In this document: positions 36,490 through 45,518 of the stretch, one piece after another
Layout of the letters: each line of letters starts with the position of its first letter
How positions within the stretch are numbered: position 1 is the first letter of the stretch
Assembly (NCBI RefSeq): GCF_035644555.1
Contig: NZ_DASQOH010000049.1
Coordinates: forward strand, 39,839 to 103,838
Direction of reading: 5' to 3'
DNA: 64,000 nucleotides
Origin: Herbaspirillum sp.
GTDB lineage: Bacteria; Pseudomonadota; Gammaproteobacteria; Burkholderiales; Burkholderiaceae_D
The notes under the pieces: generated by a model
Database searches by the model: none
Seen by the model: only the letters and a program-made list of their open reading frames with translations
What the model was told of the DNA's origin: nothing
Translations under genes and position numbers: made by a program

Positions 36490-39303
36490 TCAGGCATCCA
36501 GCCGCAGCCGCCGCTGCAACACCCCGATGGGCGGCGCCCAGCGGGCCTCACGCGGTTTCTTCGAGGTCACCAGCGTGATATCGGCCGGCTCGAACACTTC
36601 CACGTTGTGGGTGATCGGTGTGGTCAGCACGTACTGCGCGCGGGTCGACTTGAGGAAGTTGCCGACCAGCTGGATGTTGCGTACATCCAGGTGGGCAAAG
36701 GGTTCGTCGATGAAGACGAAGCCGCCCGGCATGTCGTCATCCTTCAACAAGCCCACCAGCAGGATCAGCGACTTGATGACCTGCTGCCCGCCTGAGGCTT
36801 CGCCGTCGTTCAGGCCGATCTCGCCCTTGCCGTCGAAGTTGAAGCTGACCTTCAGCTCGGCCTGGCGCAACACGGTGTCGTCGTTGTCCAGGTGCGGCAG
36901 GTCGGCGCTGACGATCACGCCGGCCAGCGCACCGAGATCGACGATGTTCTTGCGATAGCGCCGCACGGTGGCGCGCAGCACGTCGATGTAGCGCTCGCGG
37001 GCATTGCCCACCGCTTCCTCGGCCTGGGCGTTGCTGATCTTGCGCGAGTCCAGTTCGTTGCGCTGGTTGCCCACCGTGCCTTGCATGATGAGGTGCTTGT
37101 CTTCGACGGTGCCGTCCTTTTCCCACTGGCCGCTTTCCAGCTCGGTTTCCACCGCCGCCATGCGCAGTTCGGCCTGCTTGGCGTTGCTGTATTTCTCGTA
37201 CAGCGCCTGCACGGCATCGGCGCCGATCCAGCGTTGCGGGAAGCGCCCCTTCTGCGCCCGCGAGGCCAGCGCGCGGGCGCGCTGCTCGTCGTGGCGGGTG
37301 CGCCAGTCGCGCTCCTGGCCGGCCAGGTCGCCTTCGGTGTCGCGCAGGCGGCGCTGCAGGCCCTGGTACTTGCCATCGATGATGGTGCGCTGTTCGATCG
37401 CGTCGGCATGCTGCGCATCCAGTTGCGTCCAGCGTTCACTGGCGGCCACGCGGGCTGCGCGCAGCGACGGCAGCTGGCGTCTGGCCTGCTCGAATTCTTC
37501 ACTGCGAGCAGCCAGTTCCTCGGCGGCCAGGTGGCCTTCGGTGGCTTTCTTGGCGGCCTCCAGCTGGCGCTTGACCTCGCTCTGCTTGAGCACGACATCG
37601 GTGAGCTGATCGTCCAGCGTGGCCAGGCGTTTCTGGATCGAGGCCTGGCGCGAGGCCATGGCGGCGGCGCCAAACTGATAGTCACCCGGATCGCGCCAGA
37701 CGCTGCGTCCGCCCCGACCGTCGCGCCAATAGGCTTGCGGCGTGATCCATTCGCCGCCCAGACGCGCACCCTCGACGGTATCGTCCACGCGGCGGATCTG
37801 CGCCAGCTGGCGCAGCAGCCAAGACGGTGCCTTGGCGGAGAAACGCAGCACCGCCAGCAGGCTGTCCGCGGCCGGCTGGGCCGGTGCGGTGGTGGCGTCC
37901 GACACCACGTAGTGACGATAGCGCTCGCGCTCGGCCAGGGCCATGGCGGCGGCTTCATCCTTGGGGTCGTCCAGCACCACCACCCAGCAGGAAGCGCGCA
38001 GCACCCCTTCGGCGGCGGCGCGCCAGTGGTCGTCGCCGATCTCGATGACATCGGCCAGGATGTGGTGCGCAATGCCGGCCTGGCGCAGACTGCGGCTGAA
38101 CTGCTGCACATCGCCCGGCTTGGGCGCCAGGCGCTGTCCGCTCAGGCCTTCCAGGGCGCCCTGAGCTTCCTTGCGCTGCTGCTCCAGGTCGCGCCAGCGG
38201 TCGTTCAATGCGCCCTTCTGCTGTTCCAGTTCTTCCACCCGTGACAGCAGTTGCGCGGCATCGCCTTCCACTGCCGACAGGGCCAGCAGTTCATCGGCCT
38301 GCTTGACCAGTTCCTCGACCGGCTTTTCGGCATCGCGCGCCTTTTGCTGGGCCTGCTGGGCCTCGGCCTTGTCGCGTTCCAGCGTGCTCACCTTTTCGCG
38401 GGCGGCCTGCTGTTGCGTCAGCAGTGACGACAGCTGCAGCGCATCGCTGCTGCGCTGGCGACGCTGCTCGTTGTGATGCAGGCGCTGGCGATGCAATTCG
38501 CGCAGGCGGCCGGCCGTGGTCTGGCGCTCTTCATGCCAGCGCAGCACGGGGATCACTTCGGCGGCCAGGATTTCACGCTCGCGCAGCTTGCCCTGGTATT
38601 GCCGATACAGGGTCACGCGGCTGTCGAGCTGCGCCAGTTGCGCCTCGCTATAGGCCAGTTCCTGCTCGGCCAGCGTTACTTCTGCGGCGAGGTCGCGCTG
38701 GTGGCGGCGGGCTTCTTCGTAGCGGTCCAGCACCTCCTGGTCACCGAAGACCTCGAACACCAGCCGCAGCAATTCCTTGGGCGAGAATTCACAGAGGCGG
38801 TCGGTCTGGCCCTGCTCCAGCGCCAGCACGCGGGCAATCGCGCGCGACAGCCCGGCACCTTCCAGACGCTTGCGCCAGTGGTCCAGGCCCAGCCAGTCCT
38901 TCTCCGGCAGTTGCGCCAGGGTTTCGATGGCGACATCGCCATCACTCATGCAGTAGCGTCGTTGCCAGTCGCCACCGTTGCGCTCGATGCGGCAGGCCAG
39001 CGTGACCTGATCGGCATAGAGCAGGTTGCGGGCGAACGGACGGGTGGAGGTCTGGCGGCCATGCGGACGGTTGTCCACCGTGGCGCGCAGCCAGGTGGTG
39101 TCGGCATTGGCGTGCCGGGCATAGGTCTTGTAGCTGCGCCCACCCGAGCACTCCAGCCCGAGCAGGGTACGCATGGCGTCCAGCAGCGTGGTCTTGCCGG
39201 AGCCGTTGGGGCCGGCGATGGTGATGATGGAGCCGTCCAGGGGCAGCGTCAGGCGCTGGCAATAGTCCCACTGCAGCAGTTCCAGCGATTGCAGGTGGAA
39301 CAT
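36490..39303 (-). CDS. jetC: SMC/Rad50-like ABC ATPase JetC (MksB-like)
   Basis: Walker A GPNGSGKT (39190-39213), Q-loop LEQGQ, signature ASGGQ, and Walker B/D-loop FVFIDEPFAHLD (36685-36720). The central part is a long E/Q/R/A/L-rich coiled coil. A strong AAGGAG RBS sits inside the jetB 3' end. Confidence 0.85.
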   Translation of the reverse strand: MFHLQSLELLQWDYCQRLTLPLDGSIITIAGPNGSGKTTLLDAMRTLLGLECSGGRSYKTYARHANADTTWLRATVDNRPHGRQTSTRPFARNLLYADQVTLACRIERNGGDWQRRYCMSDGDVAIETLAQLPEKDWLGLDHWRKRLEGAGLSRAIARVLALEQGQTDRLCEFSPKELLRLVFEVFGDQEVLDRYEEARRHQRDLAAEVTLAEQELAYSEAQLAQLDSRVTLYRQYQGKLREREILAAEVIPVLRWHEERQTTAGRLRELHRQRLHHNEQRRQRSSDALQLSSLLTQQQAAREKVSTLERDKAEAQQAQQKARDAEKPVEELVKQADELLALSAVEGDAAQLLSRVEELEQQKGALNDRWRDLEQQRKEAQGALEGLSGQRLAPKPGDVQQFSRSLRQAGIAHHILADVIEIGDDHWRAAAEGVLRASCWVVVLDDPKDEAAAMALAERERYRHYVVSDATTAPAQPAADSLLAVLRFSAKAPSWLLRQLAQIRRVDDTVEGARLGGEWITPQAYWRDGRGGRSVWRDPGDYQFGAAAMASRQASIQKRLATLDDQLTDVVLKQSEVKRQLEAAKKATEGHLAAEELAARSEEFEQARRQLPSLRAARVAASERWTQLDAQHADAIEQRTIIDGKYQGLQRRLRDTEGDLAGQERDWRTRHDEQRARALASRAQKGRFPQRWIGADAVQALYEKYSNAKQAELRMAAVETELESGQWEKDGTVEDKHLIMQGTVGNQRNELDSRKISNAQAEEAVGNARERYIDVLRATVRRYRKNIVDLGALAGVIVSADLPHLDNDDTVLRQAELKVSFNFDGKGEIGLNDGEASGGQQVIKSLILLVGLLKDDDMPGGFVFIDEPFAHLDVRNIQLVGNFLKSTRAQYVLTTPITHNVEVFEPADITLVTSKKPREARWAPPIGVLQRRLRLDA

Positions 39304-40031
39304 CAGAATTCTCCTTCTTCGTCTGCCGGCTGCACGGGCGTGGATGCAGGCGTGGGCGTGGCCTGGTCAACCGCTGCCGCTTCTTCACGGGCAGTGGCGC
39401 GGGCCAGCACTTCGCCCAGGGCGCCATCGAGGATGCGCGGCGCCAGGGCGTCGTAGTCCAGCAGCAGGTCCAGCAAGGGGCCTTCGGCGATGTCGTCACC
39501 GCGTCGCACGATGAAGCCGTGAGCTTCCAGGCGACGCAGGTTGCCGTCCATGCGCATCTTCTTACCCAGCTGCGTGCCGAAGTCGGCCAGCAGCGATCGA
39601 TAGGACACCACCGGGCTGACCTCGGCGGCGCTGGGCATGGGCTTGTCGGTGTGGAACATCTCTTCCTGCTGCTCGCCAGCGTCACCGGCGGCGCGCGCCG
39701 ACTGGCGCTCGCGCTTGGGCAGCACGATCAGCGACCACAGCACCACCAGCAGCGAGATCGCATCGCGTGGCAGGTCGATGTTGTTGTTGGCGTTCATGCC
39801 GGCTTCGCCGAAGACGGCATACTCGGCTGGGCGCACCAGCGCCACGCTGATATGGTCGGCGTGGATATTGTCCACCAGCCGCAAACCCACCTGCGCCAGC
39901 CGGTCCTGCAGCGCCTGCCACAGGTCGGCATCGATCAGGGCGCGGCGCACGCGGGGATGCTTGCGCGGCAGCCAGCGGCGGGCCAGCAGTTCGGCGGCCA
40001 GCAGGCCGGCCTCGTCTAGGGTCTCACTCAT
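39303..40031 (-). CDS. jetB: Small Wadjet/Mks subunit JetB (MksE-like)
   Basis: 242 aa. Start re-picked at MSETLDEAG (ATG 40031), overlapping the jetA 3' end by 8 nt; its stop shares 1 nt with the jetC ATG. The call rests on size and position in the cassette, with no sequence motif read. Confidence 0.65.
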   Translation of the reverse strand: MSETLDEAGLLAAELLARRWLPRKHPRVRRALIDADLWQALQDRLAQVGLRLVDNIHADHISVALVRPAEYAVFGEAGMNANNNIDLPRDAISLLVVLWSLIVLPKRERQSARAAGDAGEQQEEMFHTDKPMPSAAEVSPVVSYRSLLADFGTQLGKKMRMDGNLRRLEAHGFIVRRGDDIAEGPLLDLLLDYDALAPRILDGALGEVLARATAREEAAAVDQATPTPASTPVQPADEEGEF

Positions 40032-41388
40032 TCGGTCTTTCCCGGGATGGATCTGGATGGATGGCGCCGCCACTGATGGCGGCGACATCCGGGTCATCGA
40101 TTTTCTCGACCAGCGGCAGGAAGCCGGCCTGCCACGGCAGGCGCGCCAGGTCGCCGGTCTGGCCCTGCAGGGTCTGCGCCTGGCGGTCGCCCAATAGCGG
40201 CAGCAACTGCAGGCGATAGGCGGCCTTGCCGAAGCTGCCACCCAGTACCACGGTGGACAGCGGCAACGACTGCGGCTGGCCCTCGTCGCCCTCTTCCGGC
40301 ATGGCGCCCAGCCGGCCCAGCTGGGCGATCAAATCCCCCAGTTCGACCGGCATGTGCAGCGCTTCGATCTTGCCCTCCACCGCCTGGGCGGGGGGCGGCA
40401 GGCCTTGCGAGCGTTGCGCGTCGGGGCGGTCGCGTTCGAACTCGCCCTCGGCCACGTCCAGCAATTCGTGGCCGCTGACGAAGACCGGCTTGACGCCCAT
40501 GGACAGCGCCTCCCCCATCAGGGAGGACAGGTCGGGATGGCTCTGCAACCAGCGCCGCACGTCCGAACTGGTCACGCCGGTGCTGCCGAGCGTGACGCGC
40601 TGGCGATCAGCCTGTTGCAGGGCGCGGGTGAACTGGCTGGCCATGGTCAGCAGACGGGCCTGGCCATTGCCCAGGGCGCGGGCTTCGCGCTCCAGACGGG
40701 CATCGGCATGTTCGCTGCGGATCAGGGCGGTCAGGGCCTCACCGGCGCGGTTGACCAGCTTCAGGGCGCGTTCGAAACGCGGCTGCGCTTCGCGCAGCAG
40801 GGCTTCGGAGCCACTTTCGATGGCATCGGCGAACTGGTCGTGCAGGCGCGCCAGCTGGGCATGCAGGTGGCGGATCTGGCTGGCGTCGGACAGGCCCAGG
40901 GCCTGGGCCCCGGCCACCTGCGAGAGCAGCGCGGCCATCTCGTCATCCTCGCCCACGGCGCGCGTGAGCGGCGCCAGCAGGGCTTGCACCTGCTGGGCGA
41001 TGGGCGAGAGCTGGTAATCCTGGTCGGTGGCATCCCAGACCAGCAGGCCCAGGTCACGCAGGCGCTTGAGCGCGGCGTCCATGGCCTCGGGTTTCAGGGC
41101 GTAGAACAGCTGGTTCAGGTCCTCGCGCTGCAGCCGCCCTTGCGGCTGGGCCGCCAGTTCCAGGAACACCCAGATGCGCAGGCGTGCCGCCGCCTGGCCA
41201 CCGGAGACCAGGCCGCGCAGGGCGTCCAGCACATCCAGCCGCTGGCCCAGGCCCCAGGCCAGGGGCGCTTCGGCGGCCTGCGTGGGATCGCGGAAATAGC
41301 TCTCGAAGGAGCCTGATTCATGCTCGTCCGCAAGGGGAGCGGGGTCGAATTCTTCTGTCAATTTGTCGTGGAGGTTGGCCAGGACCAT
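40024..41388 (-). CDS. jetA: Kleisin-like Wadjet/Mks subunit JetA (MksF-like)
   Basis: 454 aa, largely helical, and the first gene of the cassette. The call rests on size, order and coupling to jetB/C/D; no diagnostic motif was read. Confidence 0.65.
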   Translation of the reverse strand: MVLANLHDKLTEEFDPAPLADEHESGSFESYFRDPTQAAEAPLAWGLGQRLDVLDALRGLVSGGQAAARLRIWVFLELAAQPQGRLQREDLNQLFYALKPEAMDAALKRLRDLGLLVWDATDQDYQLSPIAQQVQALLAPLTRAVGEDDEMAALLSQVAGAQALGLSDASQIRHLHAQLARLHDQFADAIESGSEALLREAQPRFERALKLVNRAGEALTALIRSEHADARLEREARALGNGQARLLTMASQFTRALQQADRQRVTLGSTGVTSSDVRRWLQSHPDLSSLMGEALSMGVKPVFVSGHELLDVAEGEFERDRPDAQRSQGLPPPAQAVEGKIEALHMPVELGDLIAQLGRLGAMPEEGDEGQPQSLPLSTVVLGGSFGKAAYRLQLLPLLGDRQAQTLQGQTGDLARLPWQAGFLPLVEKIDDPDVAAISGGAIHPDPSRERPNE

Positions 41389-41524
41389 GCCTGGAACCCG
41401 CCCTGCACAGTGGGCGGATCGGCAAGTTTAGCAGGCCCGGGGGTTGGCCTCCAGCAAAGCGGGTGGGAGAGCGGTGGAAGCGAGGAACAGATTATTGCTT
41501 ACGAACAACAAACCACCTTGTTAT

Positions 41525-42703
41525 TCACCGCCCCAGCCTGATCGCCTCATACGGCGTCTGCAGATCGCGCTCGGGGATTTCCCATACCACCAGCTTGGGC
41601 GGTGTCTGGGTGAAGGCAGGGTTGGAGAAATACTCGTTGGCGCTGCCGGAGAATTTGCCGCCATCCTTGGCGAAGCTGCCGATCTTCGCACCCAGCGCCT
41701 GCTGCAGGAAGCCCACGAAATTGGAATTGCGCGAGAACGAGGTGCCGATCAAGGCCACATTGGGCAGTTGCTGGTCGCCCAGCAGGTCGTCCAGGTCGTC
41801 GCCCCCTTTGGCGGCTTCGGCCGGTGCAGTCGGTGCAGGCCCCGCTGCTGCCACTTCCTTGAATTCGGTGGCCGCGACCTCTTCCGGCTGGGGTTGCCAG
41901 CGCAGTGGCAGCCAGTCCAGGCCGGCCAGGTGGACCAGGTCGCCGGGGCGGCGCGCCAGCGGGCCGGGCTGGGCCTGATAGGCCTGCGCCGGTGTGGGCT
42001 GCAGGCCGGCGGCACGCACCTGCGCGGCAATCACAGCAGCCGCGGCCTGCGCGCCGGTTTCGTTCCAGTGGGTATCGGTGCGTAGCCAGGCCGAGGCACC
42101 GAGCGGTGCCAGCGTGGGGGCCAGGTCGATGGCACGCACACCGGCCTGCTGCAGGCCGGCGACCCATTGGGTGGCACGTGCTTCCAGCTGGGCCGGGCGC
42201 GACAGGCCGCACAACTGCGCGGCGGCGATGCGGCTCTTGTCGGGCACCACCGCCACCAGCAGGGCGATGTCGCGCTGGGCCAGCTTCTGGCGCAGCGCGA
42301 TGACGGCCTGCAGCTTGGCCTGGGCGTTGGCCTGGGCGTCGCGATGGACCTGCAATTCCTCGGTCAGGAACAGCCAGCCGGGGCAACCGCTGCGCACCCG
42401 GGGGCCGGTGTCATGCAGCAACAGCCAGCTGCCGGCGCGTTCCAGCCGGGCGGCCTGTTCCGGCAGCCAGGCATTGGACAACTGCTTGGCGATGCGATGG
42501 GTCAGTTCCCCATGCAGGGCATCGTCACGGGTCCAGCTGGCGGGCAGCCATTCGATCTTGCCGGCATAGACCAGCCAGCCACAGCCCAGCAGGCCGGCTG
42601 CCAGCACCACGGCCAGGACCAGGCCGGCCCAGCGGCTGGCGCGCCGGGCCAGGGCGCTGGGGGCGGCCGGCGTGGCGGGAGCGGAGACGGGAGGCGTGCT
42701 CAT
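41525..42703 (-). CDS. wssI: AlgJ/AlgX-like polysaccharide O-acetylation protein (WssI-like)
   Basis: 392 aa with an N-terminal membrane anchor. It has the SGNH-like AlgJ pattern (VVPDKSRI, LRTDTHWN) and follows the MBOAT gene. Confidence 0.8.
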   Translation of the reverse strand: MSTPPVSAPATPAAPSALARRASRWAGLVLAVVLAAGLLGCGWLVYAGKIEWLPASWTRDDALHGELTHRIAKQLSNAWLPEQAARLERAGSWLLLHDTGPRVRSGCPGWLFLTEELQVHRDAQANAQAKLQAVIALRQKLAQRDIALLVAVVPDKSRIAAAQLCGLSRPAQLEARATQWVAGLQQAGVRAIDLAPTLAPLGASAWLRTDTHWNETGAQAAAAVIAAQVRAAGLQPTPAQAYQAQPGPLARRPGDLVHLAGLDWLPLRWQPQPEEVAATEFKEVAAAGPAPTAPAEAAKGGDDLDDLLGDQQLPNVALIGTSFSRNSNFVGFLQQALGAKIGSFAKDGGKFSGSANEYFSNPAFTQTPPKLVVWEIPERDLQTPYEAIRLGR

Positions 42704-42718
42704 GGCGGACTCGCGGGA

Positions 42719-44134
42719 TCAGAACTGGAAGTAGAGGAAAGGCACCGTCTCGCGGCTGGCAATCAGCGCGAAGGACAGCAGGAAGCCGGCCACCGGCCAC
42801 AGCCGGAGGAACCAGAGATACACCGCGCTATCGGCCCAGCGCGCCTGGCTGGCCTCCTGCCACAGGGGCGCGACGATCCAGAACAGGCCCAGCAGCACGG
42901 CCAGCGCCTGCACCGGGCGCAAGACCACGGCCAGTGCATCGCTCAAACCCATGCCGTGCAGCCCGAACTGGCCGGCATACATGGTGGCGGCGGTGGCGAA
43001 GTCGGGCGAGCGGAACAGGGTCCAGGCCAGGCAGACGAACAGCAGCGTCAGCACATGTGCCAGCCAGCCCGGGATGGCTGGCAGGGACGAGCGCGACCAG
43101 GCGCGATCCAGGCACAGGGCCAGCCCGTGGGCCGAGCCCCAGAGCAGGTAGTTCCAGCTGTCGCCGCCATGCCAGAGACCGGCGATGGCCATGGTCAGGA
43201 ACAGGTTGCGGTAGGTCTTCCACACCCCATGGCGGTTACCGCCCAGGCCGATGTAGAGATAGTCGCGCAGCCAGCTGGAGAGCGAGATGTGCCAGCGCCG
43301 CCAGAAATCCTGGATGCTGCCGGCGAGGTAGGGATGGTTGAAGTTTTCCGGGAAGTGGAAACCCAGCATCAGCCCCAGGCCGATGGCCATGGCGCTGTAG
43401 CCGGAAAAGTCGAAGAACAGCTGCAGCGAATAGGCCAGGCAACCGATCCAGGCATCCACGAAGCTGGGCTGCTGCAGGTGGAAGGCGGCATCCACCACCG
43501 GCGAGAGGGTGTCGGCCACCAGCACCTTCATGGCCATGCCGACCATGAAGCGGCGCGCGCCCAGGGAAAAATTCTCCCGGTTGAACCAGCGCTGGGTCAG
43601 TTCGCGCTGCACCCAGTCGTAACGGATGATGGGGCCGGCGATCGAATGGCCGAACATGGAAATGTAGGTGGCGTAGTTGATGAAGCTGCGCTCCACCGCC
43701 ACCGTGCGCCGGTGCACGTCCACCAGATAGGAGATCGCCTGCAGCACAATAAAGGACAGGCCCGCCGGCAGCGCCACCTTCTGCCAGGCCAGCGGCATGG
43801 CGCCGTACTGGACCATCAGGTCGCTGAAGGTGGCAGCGACGATGTTGGCGTACTTGTACCAGACCAGCACGGCGGTATTGAAGACCACCAGTGCCGTGAG
43901 CAGGCGCACGCGCCCTCGCCCGTCCTCGCGCGAGCGGTCCACCAGCAGGCCGCCGACCCAGGCCACGATGGTCAGCACCACGTGCAGCGACAGGAACAGC
44001 GGGCTCAGCCAGCCATAGAACAGCCAGCTGCCCAGCAGCAGCACGAGGTTGCGCCCGCGCTGCGGCACCACCGCATAGACCAGCAGGAACAGCGGCAGGA
44101 ACAGCGTCAGGAATTCAAGCGAGGCAAAGACCAT
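42719..44134 (-). CDS. wssH: MBOAT-family membrane O-acyltransferase (AlgI/WssH-like)
   Basis: 471 aa and multi-TM, with the conserved FWRRWHISLSSWLRDYLYIGLGGNR block including the catalytic His. Confidence 0.9.
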   Translation of the reverse strand: MVFASLEFLTLFLPLFLLVYAVVPQRGRNLVLLLGSWLFYGWLSPLFLSLHVVLTIVAWVGGLLVDRSREDGRGRVRLLTALVVFNTAVLVWYKYANIVAATFSDLMVQYGAMPLAWQKVALPAGLSFIVLQAISYLVDVHRRTVAVERSFINYATYISMFGHSIAGPIIRYDWVQRELTQRWFNRENFSLGARRFMVGMAMKVLVADTLSPVVDAAFHLQQPSFVDAWIGCLAYSLQLFFDFSGYSAMAIGLGLMLGFHFPENFNHPYLAGSIQDFWRRWHISLSSWLRDYLYIGLGGNRHGVWKTYRNLFLTMAIAGLWHGGDSWNYLLWGSAHGLALCLDRAWSRSSLPAIPGWLAHVLTLLFVCLAWTLFRSPDFATAATMYAGQFGLHGMGLSDALAVVLRPVQALAVLLGLFWIVAPLWQEASQARWADSAVYLWFLRLWPVAGFLLSFALIASRETVPFLYFQF

Positions 44135-44159
44135 GGCGGCAGCGCAGTCGGGCGATGGA

Positions 44160-44828
44160 TCAGTTGGCCAGCTTGTCGGTCGCCGCCAGCAGGCGCGGTC
44201 CCTTGTCCGACGGCAGCAGCAGCACGCTGTAGCGTTCGCCCGCCTTCAGTTCACCCAGGTCCAGCGCCGGGCCGGTGTTGGCACCGCCGCACACCAGTTG
44301 CACCGACAGCTTGACCGGGTTGATCGAGCGTCGTTGCAGGCTGCCCTGCTTGACGTCCTTGAACAGGTCGGCGTTACGCCCGGCCGGGCGCAGTGCGGCC
44401 CCGGCGCAGGAAGCATCCAGGTTGAAGAAAGCCAGCGAGGCCTTCAGGCCATTGAAGTCGTCCGGGTTGTCCTGCACCGTCACCTGGCTGATGCCCTTGG
44501 CACCGGGCAGCACCACCACCGTGGCGAATTCGCCAGGCTTGGCCTGCACGCCCAGCTCCAGGCTCCTGGCGCCGACCGTGAGGGTACCCTTGATGGTCGA
44601 CTTGGCCGTCACCGGGAAGAAGGACGAGACCGGCTTGGCCGCTTCCAGCTTCAGCGGCGGCTGGCCCTTCTGCGCCAGCACCTGCAAGGGCTCGGCAGTG
44701 CCGTTGACGAAGCGGATGAAGGCCGCATCCTCGGCCGGGCCGGTGGGATAGAGCGGGATGTCGGCGGCCAGCGCGCTGGCGCCGCACAGCAGGGCCGCAG
44801 CGGCGGCCAGTGCCTGCATCACCTTCAT
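44160..44828 (-). CDS. wssG: AlgF-like periplasmic acetylation protein (WssG-like)
   Basis: Start re-picked at MKVMQALAAAAALLCGASALA (signal peptide). The ATG at 44828 overlaps the wssF stop (ATGA). 222 aa. Confidence 0.7.
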   Translation of the reverse strand: MKVMQALAAAAALLCGASALAADIPLYPTGPAEDAAFIRFVNGTAEPLQVLAQKGQPPLKLEAAKPVSSFFPVTAKSTIKGTLTVGARSLELGVQAKPGEFATVVVLPGAKGISQVTVQDNPDDFNGLKASLAFFNLDASCAGAALRPAGRNADLFKDVKQGSLQRRSINPVKLSVQLVCGGANTGPALDLGELKAGERYSVLLLPSDKGPRLLAATDKLAN

Positions 44829-45496
44829 TTCTTGGCTCCCTTGCTGCTCACGGCATCGGCCGGCAGCTTGGCCAGCGCGTCGCCGATGGCATTGCCCCAG
44901 GACTTGTAGCCGGCCACGGTGAAGTGCTGGCCATCGGTGGTGATCCACTGGCCGGGCTTGGACATGGTGAGCGAATCGATATAGGTGCAGGGCGCCACGT
45001 TGGAGGCCAGGAAACGCGACATCAGCTGGGTGCGCGCGTCGTTCTTGCCGTACATGCCGCCGGCCTTGCCCCAGGCCGGGCCGACCCACGCACACTTGGT
45101 GCCGGTGGCGGCAATCGCCTTGGTCAGGCCGGTCACGCTTTGCCACGCCCAGGCCTTGGGGAAGTCCGGCTTGTCGTAGGAGGCCATGGTGTCGCCGATG
45201 ACCAGCACCACCAGATCCGGCTTGTCCTTGGCAATGAGCTGGCCGATCGGGGTGGTGGTGGCTTCGCGACCCTTGATCTGGATCTTGCCGTTGTCGATCT
45301 GTTCGGCGCCGCAATCGACCTTCTTGGTGGTCAGCCAGTCGCCGGCGCTGGCGCCGCAGGCGCCGATGGAATGGACCTTGGCGCCCAGCTGGGTCAGCTT
45401 GGCGTTGAGGGGTTCGGTGAGGTGGTCGGCCAGACTCATGTGGCTCTCGCCAAGCACCAGGATAGTCAGACCTGCCAGAACGGATGCAGTAGCCAT
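44825..45496 (-). CDS. wssF: SGNH/GDSL-like hydrolase-acetyltransferase (WssF-like)
   Basis: 223 aa. The LVLGESH block I matches the GDSx motif, followed by a later DGQHFT block. It lies between bcsC and wssG. Confidence 0.7.
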   Translation of the reverse strand: MATASVLAGLTILVLGESHMSLADHLTEPLNAKLTQLGAKVHSIGACGASAGDWLTTKKVDCGAEQIDNGKIQIKGREATTTPIGQLIAKDKPDLVVLVIGDTMASYDKPDFPKAWAWQSVTGLTKAIAATGTKCAWVGPAWGKAGGMYGKNDARTQLMSRFLASNVAPCTYIDSLTMSKPGQWITTDGQHFTVAGYKSWGNAIGDALAKLPADAVSSKGAKK

Positions 45497-45518
45497 AGCG
45501 ATATATCGATAAAAAGGA

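Noticed and set aside
35219-41420. Possible direct repeats flanking the jet cassette (tgcagggcg plus ccactg near 35220 and, on the opposite strand, near 41400-41418)
   Set aside because: Only ~9 nt are shared, the order and orientation are scrambled, and the sequence is GC-rich. This is not convincing as att sites or insertion scars.
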